A stretch of 64,000 bases of DNA. Source: Nitrospirales bacterium. GTDB lineage: Bacteria; Nitrospirota; Nitrospiria; Nitrospirales; UBA8639. The stretch spans positions 1,184,001-1,248,000 of the forward strand of contig CBDCWC010000002.1 in the NCBI GenBank assembly GCA_965223295.1. The letters run 5' to 3'. Positions 10,179 to 18,766 of the stretch are shown here, one piece after another (positions within the stretch are counted from its first letter, which is position 1; each line of letters begins with the position of its first letter). A program made the translations under genes and the position numbers. The notes below the pieces were generated by a model, which saw only the letters and a program-made list of their open reading frames with translations, was not told the origin of the DNA and ran no database searches.

Positions 10179-10183
10179 CGCAA

Positions 10184-11326
10184 TCAGAACAAGGTCACAC
10201 TATCGCCTTCTTCGGTATCACCTGTCGTCCCCACCATGATCGCTTCTTCTCCAGCATGCGCCGCTTCAATTGTCAGCCGCTCGGATTCCATTGTATAGCT
10301 ATGCTCAAGGGAGCGAAGTTCTCCAAGCACTTCAGGCAGCGTATCTGTGGTCTCGGAGGCTTCTACCACTGCTTGCAGAGGGGCATAGATACGTTCCAAT
10401 GGCTGATAAACATGCTCCAGCTTTTGTCGCGTAATATCTTGGAACTGCATAGACATCACAATTTGCCCAATATGTTCCCCAAGTTCTTTTGCCCGTCCAG
10501 AGTTTTGCCCCACACTTTCTTTCAGCGCTTCATTTTTTGCTACCATGACTTCGGTCATTTCCATAATTTTCTCTTGTGCTTTCAAGGTTTCCGTCAGATC
10601 TATGCTGGCCAGCACCTCGAGCTCAGACATGGCTGACTCCGTTGTACCTTTCACCGCTGTCGCCAAAGCGCGAATCTGTTCGGCCGCTTGCCCCGACCGA
10701 TTGGCTAACTTGGTGACTTCATCTGCAACAACGGCAAATCCTCGGCCATGTTCTCCTGCCCTTGCCGCTTCAATTGCGGCGTTCAAAGCTAACAATCGTG
10801 TTTGATCGGCGATAAATTCTACCTCCTCAACGACAGTTGATATCCGAGACGTCGTATCAACAGCTTCTTCCATCACGCCTACAGTCGAGACTGTGACCGT
10901 GGAGGTCTGAGTCACCTGATTCACAAACATTTGCATGGTATCTTTCGTTCTATTCAGAATAGCTTCCACGCTCATCTCATCGTCAGACCCACTCCCCTCA
11001 CCCATGCTTAAAATAGTCTCCGTTTCAAACGCAGATTCTCTCGCTTGTTGAGAAATTTTTTGAAACCGCTGAATTAACCCTGCCGAAGCCTGTTCTGTTT
11101 CTTGTATGACCGCTTTAAGTTGACCCACAAAAACGGGAAGCATCGGCGCCAAGCATGCACAAAATTCTTTCCAGTTTTTCTGGAACACGATAGCCTCCTG
11201 TTCCAGTTCCTGTTGAACGGTTGCATCAGCCGCGCTGTCAGGTTGTCGTGCTCGTTGCCCCACGATAAATCCGGCTCCACTCCCTACTATGAAGAATATT
11301 GCCCCTAACAACCAATCAATCACCAC
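10184..11326 (-). CDS. Atypical single-TM chemoreceptor-like protein with CheZ-like tail
   Basis: One N-terminal TM, no periplasmic domain, [30 protein letters not shown], then [21 protein letters not shown] and DSVTLF. Confidence 0.85.
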   Translation of the reverse strand: MVIDWLLGAIFFIVGSGAGFIVGQRARQPDSAADATVQQELEQEAIVFQKNWKEFCACLAPMLPVFVGQLKAVIQETEQASAGLIQRFQKISQQARESAFETETILSMGEGSGSDDEMSVEAILNRTKDTMQMFVNQVTQTSTVTVSTVGVMEEAVDTTSRISTVVEEVEFIADQTRLLALNAAIEAARAGEHGRGFAVVADEVTKLANRSGQAAEQIRALATAVKGTTESAMSELEVLASIDLTETLKAQEKIMEMTEVMVAKNEALKESVGQNSGRAKELGEHIGQIVMSMQFQDITRQKLEHVYQPLERIYAPLQAVVEASETTDTLPEVLGELRSLEHSYTMESERLTIEAAHAGEEAIMVGTTGDTEEGDSVTLF

Positions 11327-11399
11327 ACGTCACCTCTTCTTCATTAATGCCGCATTACTCTGAAATGAACCTCATTCTCCATTCCATTTGGAATGCGTC

Positions 11400-11690
11400 C
11401 TATATGTTTGGAAGGAACTGTGCAAAGCCAATCTGTTCAAAACGATCTCGTATCTGCGAAGAATATCCTTTCAACGTCAAACGGCCCGACCGAGTGGCGG
11501 CCACGATAAGCTGGACGCAAGAGGAATCCATTCGATCGACTTCAGAAAAATCTAATTCTATCGGCCCTTCTTGTTTGTGAAGAAGATCCAGATCTTCATG
11601 GAATTGTGCTGCTTCAAAAATTGTCAAATCGCCAACTGGTTTTAAGACCGCATTGAAAGAAACTGCTTCGACCTCACTTCCACCGTCCAT
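11400..11690 (-). CDS. STAS-domain protein (anti-sigma antagonist-like)
   Basis: GDLTIFEA, LDFSEVDRMDSSCVQLI STAS motif with phosphorylatable Ser. Confidence 0.85.
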   Translation of the reverse strand: MDGGSEVEAVSFNAVLKPVGDLTIFEAAQFHEDLDLLHKQEGPIELDFSEVDRMDSSCVQLIVAATRSGRLTLKGYSSQIRDRFEQIGFAQFLPNI

Positions 11691-11784
11691 ATATACTCCT
11701 CATCGCTTTTTGAATGTATATGTTTGTATCTCCACTTTCACAGATGCAGCCATTCAATGCTGACCTAGAATAGGCCACACATTC

Positions 11785-11812
11785 TTCTCGGGAGAGAAAT
11801 ATCTGAACTTTA
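11785..11812 (-). promoter_or_regulatory. Candidate sigma28 promoter for the STAS-MCP-che operon
   Basis: Minus strand TAAAG-N15-CCCGAGAA. Confidence 0.6.
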
Positions 11813-12024
11813 GACATCTTTCAAAAATTGGGATATTCAGATTTCGAGGTAAACTCAGAGCAACAAGAGATGAGCTTCAAAAGCATCACGGCTACCTACA
11901 GTTGCTGTTTCAACCTCCTTCAAACACTTGAGATTGACACTGCCTCTCCGAGTAGGATAGGCCAAACTGAAAAAGAGAAGAGAAAAGATAGACTTACTGT
12001 TCAAGAAAGACCGGAGCCTACAGC

Positions 12025-12981
12025 TTACACAACCTGAGAAACTTCGGTTACCGCAGATTTGTTTAATTGATCTTTTTCGACCAAATTAACCATACAGATG
12101 ACTTTATTGCCTGAGCCTACGTACTCCAGAAAATCGAAACTTAGCGCTTTTGCTATAGCAATTCCACGCCCATGGCTTTCAAGCATGCGATCCGCTTTAA
12201 TTTCTTCGTACTCGCCCCAATTAAATCCTGCCCCCTGATCGGTGATGGTGACTTGAATCTTCCCTGGATACCGTTCAAACACCACTTCCACAAATTTTTC
12301 AGCATGTTCAGGCAGATCTTGCCGACGTAGAATTTCATCTTCCCAACTATCAGCTTCTTGCAATTGGGTTTTCTCTTCATAGGTAATTCCTAAATTGCCA
12401 TGTTCCAAGCTATTGACCAACAATTCATTAAACCCAAACGCCACTTTTTCAGGATTGGGGCAGGCCTGCGCTAACAAGACCGCCAGATCGTATGTTTCTT
12501 CTAACGTTCGCAAGCGAAATACCCCTTGATAGAAACAACCCATCGTCTTCGCCTGTACGCGAAGAGTCTGAGATAACTCCTTCCAGCGGCGAGCCTGCTC
12601 CACAGCGGCACCGATAATGCGTAAAAGGACGTCGGGTTCGTAGGGTTTGGTCAGATAGAAAAAGACTCCTGCTTCCACCCCTTCACAAATTTCAGCAGGA
12701 GCTGCGGCTGCCGTCTGCATAACGACCGGTATCCATTTATACGCTTCATCGTTCTGAAGATGAGTGACAACCTCCAGACCATTCATACCCGGCATCATTC
12801 GATCCAACACAATAACCTGAAACTCTTGAATACCCTTAGCGAGAAGCTCCAAGGCTTCTCCGCCATCATGTGCAACCGCCACTTCATAGGGTTCATCCTT
12901 GAGACATTCTACGAGGACATCAAGGCTCGCCACATCATCATCTACTAATAAGATCCGTGCAAGTTTTTCTTGATTCATCAT
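12025..12981 (-). CDS. Response regulator fused to SpoIIAB/RsbW-type Ser/Thr kinase (HATPase_c_2)
   Basis: REC (VDDD, VLDRMMP, TKP) plus NELLVNSLEHGN, ITDQGAGF, HGRGI. Confidence 0.85.
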   Translation of the reverse strand: MMNQEKLARILLVDDDVASLDVLVECLKDEPYEVAVAHDGGEALELLAKGIQEFQVIVLDRMMPGMNGLEVVTHLQNDEAYKWIPVVMQTAAAAPAEICEGVEAGVFFYLTKPYEPDVLLRIIGAAVEQARRWKELSQTLRVQAKTMGCFYQGVFRLRTLEETYDLAVLLAQACPNPEKVAFGFNELLVNSLEHGNLGITYEEKTQLQEADSWEDEILRRQDLPEHAEKFVEVVFERYPGKIQVTITDQGAGFNWGEYEEIKADRMLESHGRGIAIAKALSFDFLEYVGSGNKVICMVNLVEKDQLNKSAVTEVSQVV

Positions 12982-13009
12982 GCTTCTGGATATTCCTCGA
13001 ACATACTAT

Positions 13010-14227
13010 TTACAATTCCATTCCCACCAGAGCCACATCATCGACAAATGAGCCATCGACTTGCCACGAACGACTCTTATTCACAATACTTTTAAGTCCT
13101 AACCTCATGGTTCGCGAATAGACGCCTTCCAGCGCTTCTTGCAAACGGAGAGTCCCCCAAATTTCGCCTTCAGCATTCTCTACTTCATAGATTCCATCAC
13201 TAAATAAATAGAGCCGGTCACCTTTTGACACCGTGGTGGAACTGGTCTCATAGACTTCATCTGCAGAAAAGCCCACGGGCCACGTTCTACCTCCTAACAC
13301 TTCTGATGGAGCATCTTTTCGTAGTAAAATTGCACCCGGATGGCCGCCGCTGGCAAAACGCAGCACTCCAGTTGAAAGCTGTAAAACACCCATCCAGATC
13401 GTAAAGTATTCTCCTTGTTCAGTCATGGGATTCTCCGCGTTCAGACGCGTCACGATTTGGCCTGGATCATAGTCAGGGAAAGCTTTTGCAATATGATCAC
13501 CTTTAAACCACATGGACAAGGACACAGCCCGCAAGGCTGGACCTGTTCCATGTCCGGACATATCCAAAACCATAATGCCTAAATAGTCATCTCCCCACTT
13601 TGCGACTTGAAATAAATCTCCTCCCAACTGAGAAGAGGGCAAAAATTCCCATGCTAAGCGAATTCCAGGAGCCACCTCTCCAGGAACTGGAAGCAAGGAC
13701 CGCACAAAATCGGAAGCCAATTGAATTTCGGCATCCGTCTCAGCTTGTTTCTGGGAAATAATCCGATAGGATTCATTCAAATCCAAGAGTAGTTTTCGAG
13801 TTCGCAGACCCGAACCAATTCGCGCATGAAGCTCATGATCCGACGCAGATTTAGGGAGGAAATCATCTGCACCACGACTCAAGCCTTCCGCAATTTGCTC
13901 CGGTTGATCCAACGCCGTCATTAAGACAAAATGAATAGAACGAAGTTCATGATCTTTCTTTATGACTTCGCAAAGACCCGGGCCATCCAGGTTGGGCATC
14001 ATCCAATCCGAGAGAACCAGATCGACTGGTTCGCGACGGAGGATCTCAAGAGCTTGCTGCCCATCTTCCGCTTCCAATAAGCGATGATTCAGCTTCGATA
14101 GCCGGCGTTTCGCGACCATTCGTACTATTTTTTCATCATCAACGAGCAAGATCGTATAGGGAGAGAGAGACGAAGATTGTTCATCCTCCACTCCCTCGAT
14201 CACCGCAACATTGTCGGGATTGTCCAT
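13010..14227 (-). CDS. Response regulator fused to PP2C/SpoIIE phosphatase
   Basis: REC (VDDE, LSDWMMP) plus LGGDLF, DMSGHG, GGHP, LFSDGI, DDVALV. Confidence 0.9.
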   Translation of the reverse strand: MDNPDNVAVIEGVEDEQSSSLSPYTILLVDDEKIVRMVAKRRLSKLNHRLLEAEDGQQALEILRREPVDLVLSDWMMPNLDGPGLCEVIKKDHELRSIHFVLMTALDQPEQIAEGLSRGADDFLPKSASDHELHARIGSGLRTRKLLLDLNESYRIISQKQAETDAEIQLASDFVRSLLPVPGEVAPGIRLAWEFLPSSQLGGDLFQVAKWGDDYLGIMVLDMSGHGTGPALRAVSLSMWFKGDHIAKAFPDYDPGQIVTRLNAENPMTEQGEYFTIWMGVLQLSTGVLRFASGGHPGAILLRKDAPSEVLGGRTWPVGFSADEVYETSSTTVSKGDRLYLFSDGIYEVENAEGEIWGTLRLQEALEGVYSRTMRLGLKSIVNKSRSWQVDGSFVDDVALVGMEL

Positions 14228-14278
14228 CGGGCAGACCTCTTTTCACTTATACACTAAACACTAAACCGTATTGATCAT

Positions 14279-14306
14279 TCATCGGTCACCTTTCCTGAGA
14301 ACTCAA
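14279..14306 (-). promoter_or_regulatory. Candidate sigma28 promoter for REC-PP2C / REC-kinase
   Basis: Minus strand TTGAG-N15-ACCGATGA. Confidence 0.5.
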
Positions 14307-14571
14307 ATGCAATTATCTTACATGTGTCACCATGACCAAGTTGTCGAAAGACAGCATAACCACTATGCAAGGACTTACTTTGGTCATTCTTCATATCCTT
14401 AAAGCCCCTCAGTCTTGTGAGATGACTCACCGTCATCACATATGATTTCCCAACGCAACACACGAACTTGGCAGCCAGTTGCATGCACAGTTCTTACAGC
14501 GCCAAAAATAGACCCAGCTAAAGACACGAATGGACTCCTCTTTCTTCGTCTCAGGAAGGATTTCTGTCCTC

Positions 14572-14599
14572 TCAAGCCTCTCTCATCAGCTTCCGAAGA
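14572..14599 (+). promoter_or_regulatory. Candidate sigma28 promoter for the HDOD gene
   Basis: TCAAG-N15-TCCGAAGA. Confidence 0.5.
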
Positions 14600-14700
14600 G
14601 ATTCTATGAAAAGATAATATTGTGATTCGTCAAAAACACAATTATTAAACAAACGATCCTCCCACATGCTCTCTTCTTCTTTATCATAAAAGGACTGCTC

Positions 14701-15570
14701 ATGGCCTCTCTTCCCACTAATCATGAAAAAACAGTTGAAGTACTGTTGGTGATTTTGATGGAGAAGTTGGGTAAACGCGAATTTAATTTACCCCCGCTCC
14801 CCCAAATTGCCAATCAAGTGCTTGCGCTCACCACAGATCCAGAGGCGAATGCCTCCAAACTGACCGCGGTGATTGAACAAGACCCCATACTCACTGCCAA
14901 AGTCTTTCAAACTTCGAATTCGGTCGTACAAGGCTCCGCTCGCCAAATCGACTCGTTACACCAAGCCATTGCCTGGCTTGGGCTCAATACCGTTGCAGGC
15001 ACGGCGTTTACTCTGTCGGTACAGATTGGGGTGTTCGAGGTTCACGGCTATGTCCACGAGGTGAAGGACTTATGGCGACATATGTTAACAACAGCCTTTT
15101 ACGCCAAGACCATTGCTGCGCTTCTGGGATACAAGCCCGACACGGCATTTCTTAGCGGATTGCTCTTTGCCATAGGTAAGCTGCTGGTCGTTCATGTTGT
15201 GAATCAGTATCAAGAAAATCCAACGTCCTTACTCCCTTGGAGCGCCATTGTGACCCTGATGAGAGAATCCTATGTCGAGGTGGGCAGGCAACTCGCCGAA
15301 GCCTGGGGATTTCCCGATTCCGTCAAGGAAGCCATTATTCTTCATCAAGACCATGCGTATCCTTTGGCCATCTCACCCACCAAAAGTGCTCCTATAACCT
15401 GTCTCGCAAACCATTTTGCCTCATATGCTCTCGATCCGCAGTCTCTTTCCGAAGATGCGATTCGCACGCACTCAGTCGTTCAGGCGCTCAACATACCAGA
15501 TACTGTCATCGAGACATTACTAGACACAAAGTCAACGATTCAGGCCCAGGTGGATGGGATGCTCGTCTAA
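14701..15570 (+). CDS. HDOD-domain protein
   Basis: LPPLPQIA, IEQDPILTAKV..SNS, AIAWLGL, AFLSGLL.AIGK, AWGFP. Confidence 0.88.
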   Translation: MASLPTNHEKTVEVLLVILMEKLGKREFNLPPLPQIANQVLALTTDPEANASKLTAVIEQDPILTAKVFQTSNSVVQGSARQIDSLHQAIAWLGLNTVAGTAFTLSVQIGVFEVHGYVHEVKDLWRHMLTTAFYAKTIAALLGYKPDTAFLSGLLFAIGKLLVVHVVNQYQENPTSLLPWSAIVTLMRESYVEVGRQLAEAWGFPDSVKEAIILHQDHAYPLAISPTKSAPITCLANHFASYALDPQSLSEDAIRTHSVVQALNIPDTVIETLLDTKSTIQAQVDGMLV

Positions 15571-15719
15571 AAAAAGAGAGATGTTCGCTAGCCAGGGTAG
15601 TTCTAGAAAGTCATGAAGCGAAACACGTAAGAGGAGTTCAGAAGACCGAACAAAAGCTGAATCTTTCTTCAGCTCTTTGTTTGTTTCTTGACTCTCCTTA
15701 CTCTACTGTTCCCATTTTG

Positions 15720-16499
15720 TTATCGGGCTAGTCTATTATGCAGGAGAGCTTTGAGCCGGACCATCGATTGGGCATGCAGCTGGCAGATTCGTGATTCGGT
15801 CACATGTAAAATGACGCCAATTTCTTTCATCGTGAGTTCTTCAAAGTAATAGAGCGTCAAGACTAACCGCTGGCGTTCAGGTAATCGTTCAATGGCTTCT
15901 ACTAACGCGCGGCGAGCATCTTCCGACACCAGAGATTCCAGAGGATTAGGCTGATCCCGGTCAGCCAACGCATCTAAGATTGGATGAGAATCTTCATCAT
16001 TACTCCCTAAATCATCTAAACTCAACACGACAGCCCCTTTAGCCTGCAAAAGTGTCTCGTCCACTTCTTGCGCTTCCATGCCTAAGGATTCCGCGAGTTC
16101 AGCTTCCGTTGGTGGGCGACCTTTTCGTTTGGTCCATTCGTTGGCAGCATGTTGAATTTTCCCAATACGTTCGCGCAATGAGCGCGGCACCCAGTCCATG
16201 GCTCGGATTTCGTCCAACATGGCTCCACGAATGCGAAACTCGGCATAGGTGCGGAATTTAATTTCTCGGGAAGGATCAAATTTTGTAAGAGCATCTAACA
16301 GACCCACCATACCTGCACTCATGAGGTCTTCCACATTTAGCCCACTCGAGACTCGTATGGCCAACCGCATCGCCATGTATTTGATGACTGGCAAAAACTC
16401 TTGAATGAGTTTCTCACGTTCAGGTGTCGTCAGTGAAAGCTTTGTCGGAAGGGCCGTCTTAGGTTTTTCAGGCACTTCTGTTACCGCACCACGTTTCAT
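15720..16499 (-). CDS. fliA: Flagellar sigma factor FliA (sigma28)
   Basis: DLMSAGMVGLLDA, FRTYAEFRIRGAMLDEIRAMDW.PRS, LYYFEELTMKEIG..L.VTESRICQLH. Confidence 0.96.
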   Translation of the reverse strand: MKRGAVTEVPEKPKTALPTKLSLTTPEREKLIQEFLPVIKYMAMRLAIRVSSGLNVEDLMSAGMVGLLDALTKFDPSREIKFRTYAEFRIRGAMLDEIRAMDWVPRSLRERIGKIQHAANEWTKRKGRPPTEAELAESLGMEAQEVDETLLQAKGAVVLSLDDLGSNDEDSHPILDALADRDQPNPLESLVSEDARRALVEAIERLPERQRLVLTLYYFEELTMKEIGVILHVTESRICQLHAQSMVRLKALLHNRLAR

Positions 16500-16502
16500 T
16501 CG

Positions 16503-17432
16503 TTATCCTTCCGTCACATGTTGAGTTGCGGCCAAGGCCGAAGGTCCAAACAATTGAAACCCACCTTGCCAAGAATGATGTGAACCCCAGGCACGAATCG
16601 TGGGAACCAAAGATTTTATGGCTCGGCTTGCCGGCGCACGTGGATAAAGATCACAAACGGCTCGCTGTTGAGCCACCGCCATCGTGACATAATCATCTGT
16701 GGGAATACACCCCATATAATCCAGTGAAATAGATAAAAATCGGTCTGTGACTAAACTAAATTTTCGAAACACATCTTTGCCTTCTTGAACATTTCTGACT
16801 TTGTTGACTAGTAGGCGAAACGTTCGCAAGTGATACCGATTTGAAAGAATTTTGACGAGTGCATAGGCATCAGTCAGCGAGGTAGGATCGGGAGTGACCA
16901 GAATGAGCGTTTCATGCGCCACCAAACTAAAATACAACACATTCGCTGAAATGCCTGCGGCACAATCAATAAGCAACAGATCAGGAGTACTGGGTAATTC
17001 CAGAAAAGCGGTTTGGAGCAACAGCTGTTGTTCATGGGTAAGTTGCGTAAAAGTCTGTTCACCGGAGGTGGCAGGAAGCAGTTGAATGCCTTCAGGACCT
17101 GAAACCAAGACATCTTCCAATCGTTGTTGTCGTGAAAGGACATCTTCAATGGTATATTGCGGAGTCATCCCCAGAAGAATATCCACATTGCCAAGCGCCA
17201 GGTCGGCATCCATCACTAATACTTTCCGTCCTTGACGTGCGGAGGCCACCGCTAAATTGGTCACGACATTAGATTTACCCACGCCACCTTTTCCAGAACT
17301 GACGGCAATCACCTGCACCTCTTTACTATTCGAAGACGGCAACTTCATCGCTGCGCGCAGTCCACTGGCCTGATCCGAAGGTCGAGATCTCTTGTTTCTG
17401 GAACTGATGACTGAAGGGGCAGACATCGGCAT
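16503..17432 (-). CDS. flhG: MinD-like ATPase FlhG/FleN
   Basis: SSGKGGVGKS, DADLALGN, PDPTSLTDAYALVK; follows flhF. Confidence 0.92.
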   Translation of the reverse strand: MPMSAPSVISSRNKRSRPSDQASGLRAAMKLPSSNSKEVQVIAVSSGKGGVGKSNVVTNLAVASARQGRKVLVMDADLALGNVDILLGMTPQYTIEDVLSRQQRLEDVLVSGPEGIQLLPATSGEQTFTQLTHEQQLLLQTAFLELPSTPDLLLIDCAAGISANVLYFSLVAHETLILVTPDPTSLTDAYALVKILSNRYHLRTFRLLVNKVRNVQEGKDVFRKFSLVTDRFLSISLDYMGCIPTDDYVTMAVAQQRAVCDLYPRAPASRAIKSLVPTIRAWGSHHSWQGGFQLFGPSALAATQHVTEG

Positions 17433-18766
17433 CAGGAAGCGACCTCGGTCAAAGGTTGTGGGTCAGCACTTACCGTTCGTTGAGCACTCCACACTAGTTC
17501 GACCAGCAACTGCCGCGTCGCGACGTCTAAATCCTCTGGCACCCGTTGCCCCGCTGACAAGTACGACACTGGAATCCCAGCTTGCGACAACACGGAATAC
17601 ATGCCCCCATACTTAGATGTCTCATCAAGTTTTGTCATGATAATGTTGTGAATGGGCAACCCTTGATAGCGTCGAATGGTATCCACTTGAACAGTCTCAG
17701 CCATGGGGGCAGCCAAGACCAAGTGCGTGTCAATATGAAAAGAATTGCGTGTCATGGCTATGAGTTCTTCATGCCCTGCATGGTCTTTCGGGCTCCGGCC
17801 TGCTGTATCAATGAGAATCAAGTCCGCATCCTGATGCCGGCCAACACATTCCAGAAAATCTTGGTGCGACACCGCAACCTCTAGTGGAATTTTAAGAATT
17901 TTTGCAAAGACCCGAAGTTGTTCAACTGCTGCCACTCTATAGGTATCAAGTGTAATCAATACCGTTTTTTGCTGTTCGTCCCGTTCTCTAGCCAACCCAG
18001 CTAATTTGGCAATCGTTGTGGTTTTTCCAACACCAGTGGGCCCCACCAACATCATCATTTTCTGTCCATACTGTCGAGAAGCAACCCCCGTAGAAACCAC
18101 CAACGCTTTTTCCATTCGTTCTTGCAACAGACTGTTCACCACCTCACGGTTGGCCATCCCTGCTGTTCCTAAGGTTTCCACCACTGAACGTAAAAGACCA
18201 TGTGCCAACTGAGGATCCACACCCTGACTCACTAGCTTCTGATAGTCCTCGAGTAAATCACCCGGCAATCCCTCGACTCGTTTCTGCATTTGGCTGCCTA
18301 ACACGTCACCTACAACAACTCTCAGGTCTTCGATCTCTTGCCGTAAAGGACCTAATGTCTGTTCAGGATCTTTCTGGGATTCCCTCATTCGTTGAATTTC
18401 TTCTTTCATATCCTGTAAATGTTGCGTGACAGGATCTAGCACTGTTGCCACCTGCAACTGTTCCGAAAATGTCGGTTCATTTTTCATCTTTGGCTGCTCA
18501 CCATTCGGTTTAGCTGGAAGCAAAGGCTTTTTCATGAGCGCCTTAAGGGAACGATCCAATGTCACGGCAGGTTGAGAACCTTCAGTCTGTGCAGACTGAT
18601 CCACTGCAGCCGTGACTTCAATCACGGATTGACTCAGAAGACCAAACAGGCCCCCAGCTTTTTGTATTCGGCGCGAGGACACAATGACGGCATCCGGTCC
18701 CAGTTCAGCTTTGACTGCCTGAAGGGCTTCCTGTAGTGAAAGAGCTTCAAACCGTTTTAATTTCAT
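17432..18766 (-). CDS. flhF: Flagellar SRP-type GTPase FlhF
   Basis: VKAELGPDAVIVS, GPTGVGKTTTIAKLA, DTYRVAAVEQL, DTAGR, TKLDE, GQRVPEDL. Confidence 0.96.
   Translation of the reverse strand: MKLKRFEALSLQEALQAVKAELGPDAVIVSSRRIQKAGGLFGLLSQSVIEVTAAVDQSAQTEGSQPAVTLDRSLKALMKKPLLPAKPNGEQPKMKNEPTFSEQLQVATVLDPVTQHLQDMKEEIQRMRESQKDPEQTLGPLRQEIEDLRVVVGDVLGSQMQKRVEGLPGDLLEDYQKLVSQGVDPQLAHGLLRSVVETLGTAGMANREVVNSLLQERMEKALVVSTGVASRQYGQKMMMLVGPTGVGKTTTIAKLAGLARERDEQQKTVLITLDTYRVAAVEQLRVFAKILKIPLEVAVSHQDFLECVGRHQDADLILIDTAGRSPKDHAGHEELIAMTRNSFHIDTHLVLAAPMAETVQVDTIRRYQGLPIHNIIMTKLDETSKYGGMYSVLSQAGIPVSYLSAGQRVPEDLDVATRQLLVELVWSAQRTVSADPQPLTEVAS

Noticed and set aside
14468-14484. sigma54-like TTGGCAGCCAGTTGCA
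   Set aside because: Spacing is 9 nt, so it does not fit -24/-12 geometry.
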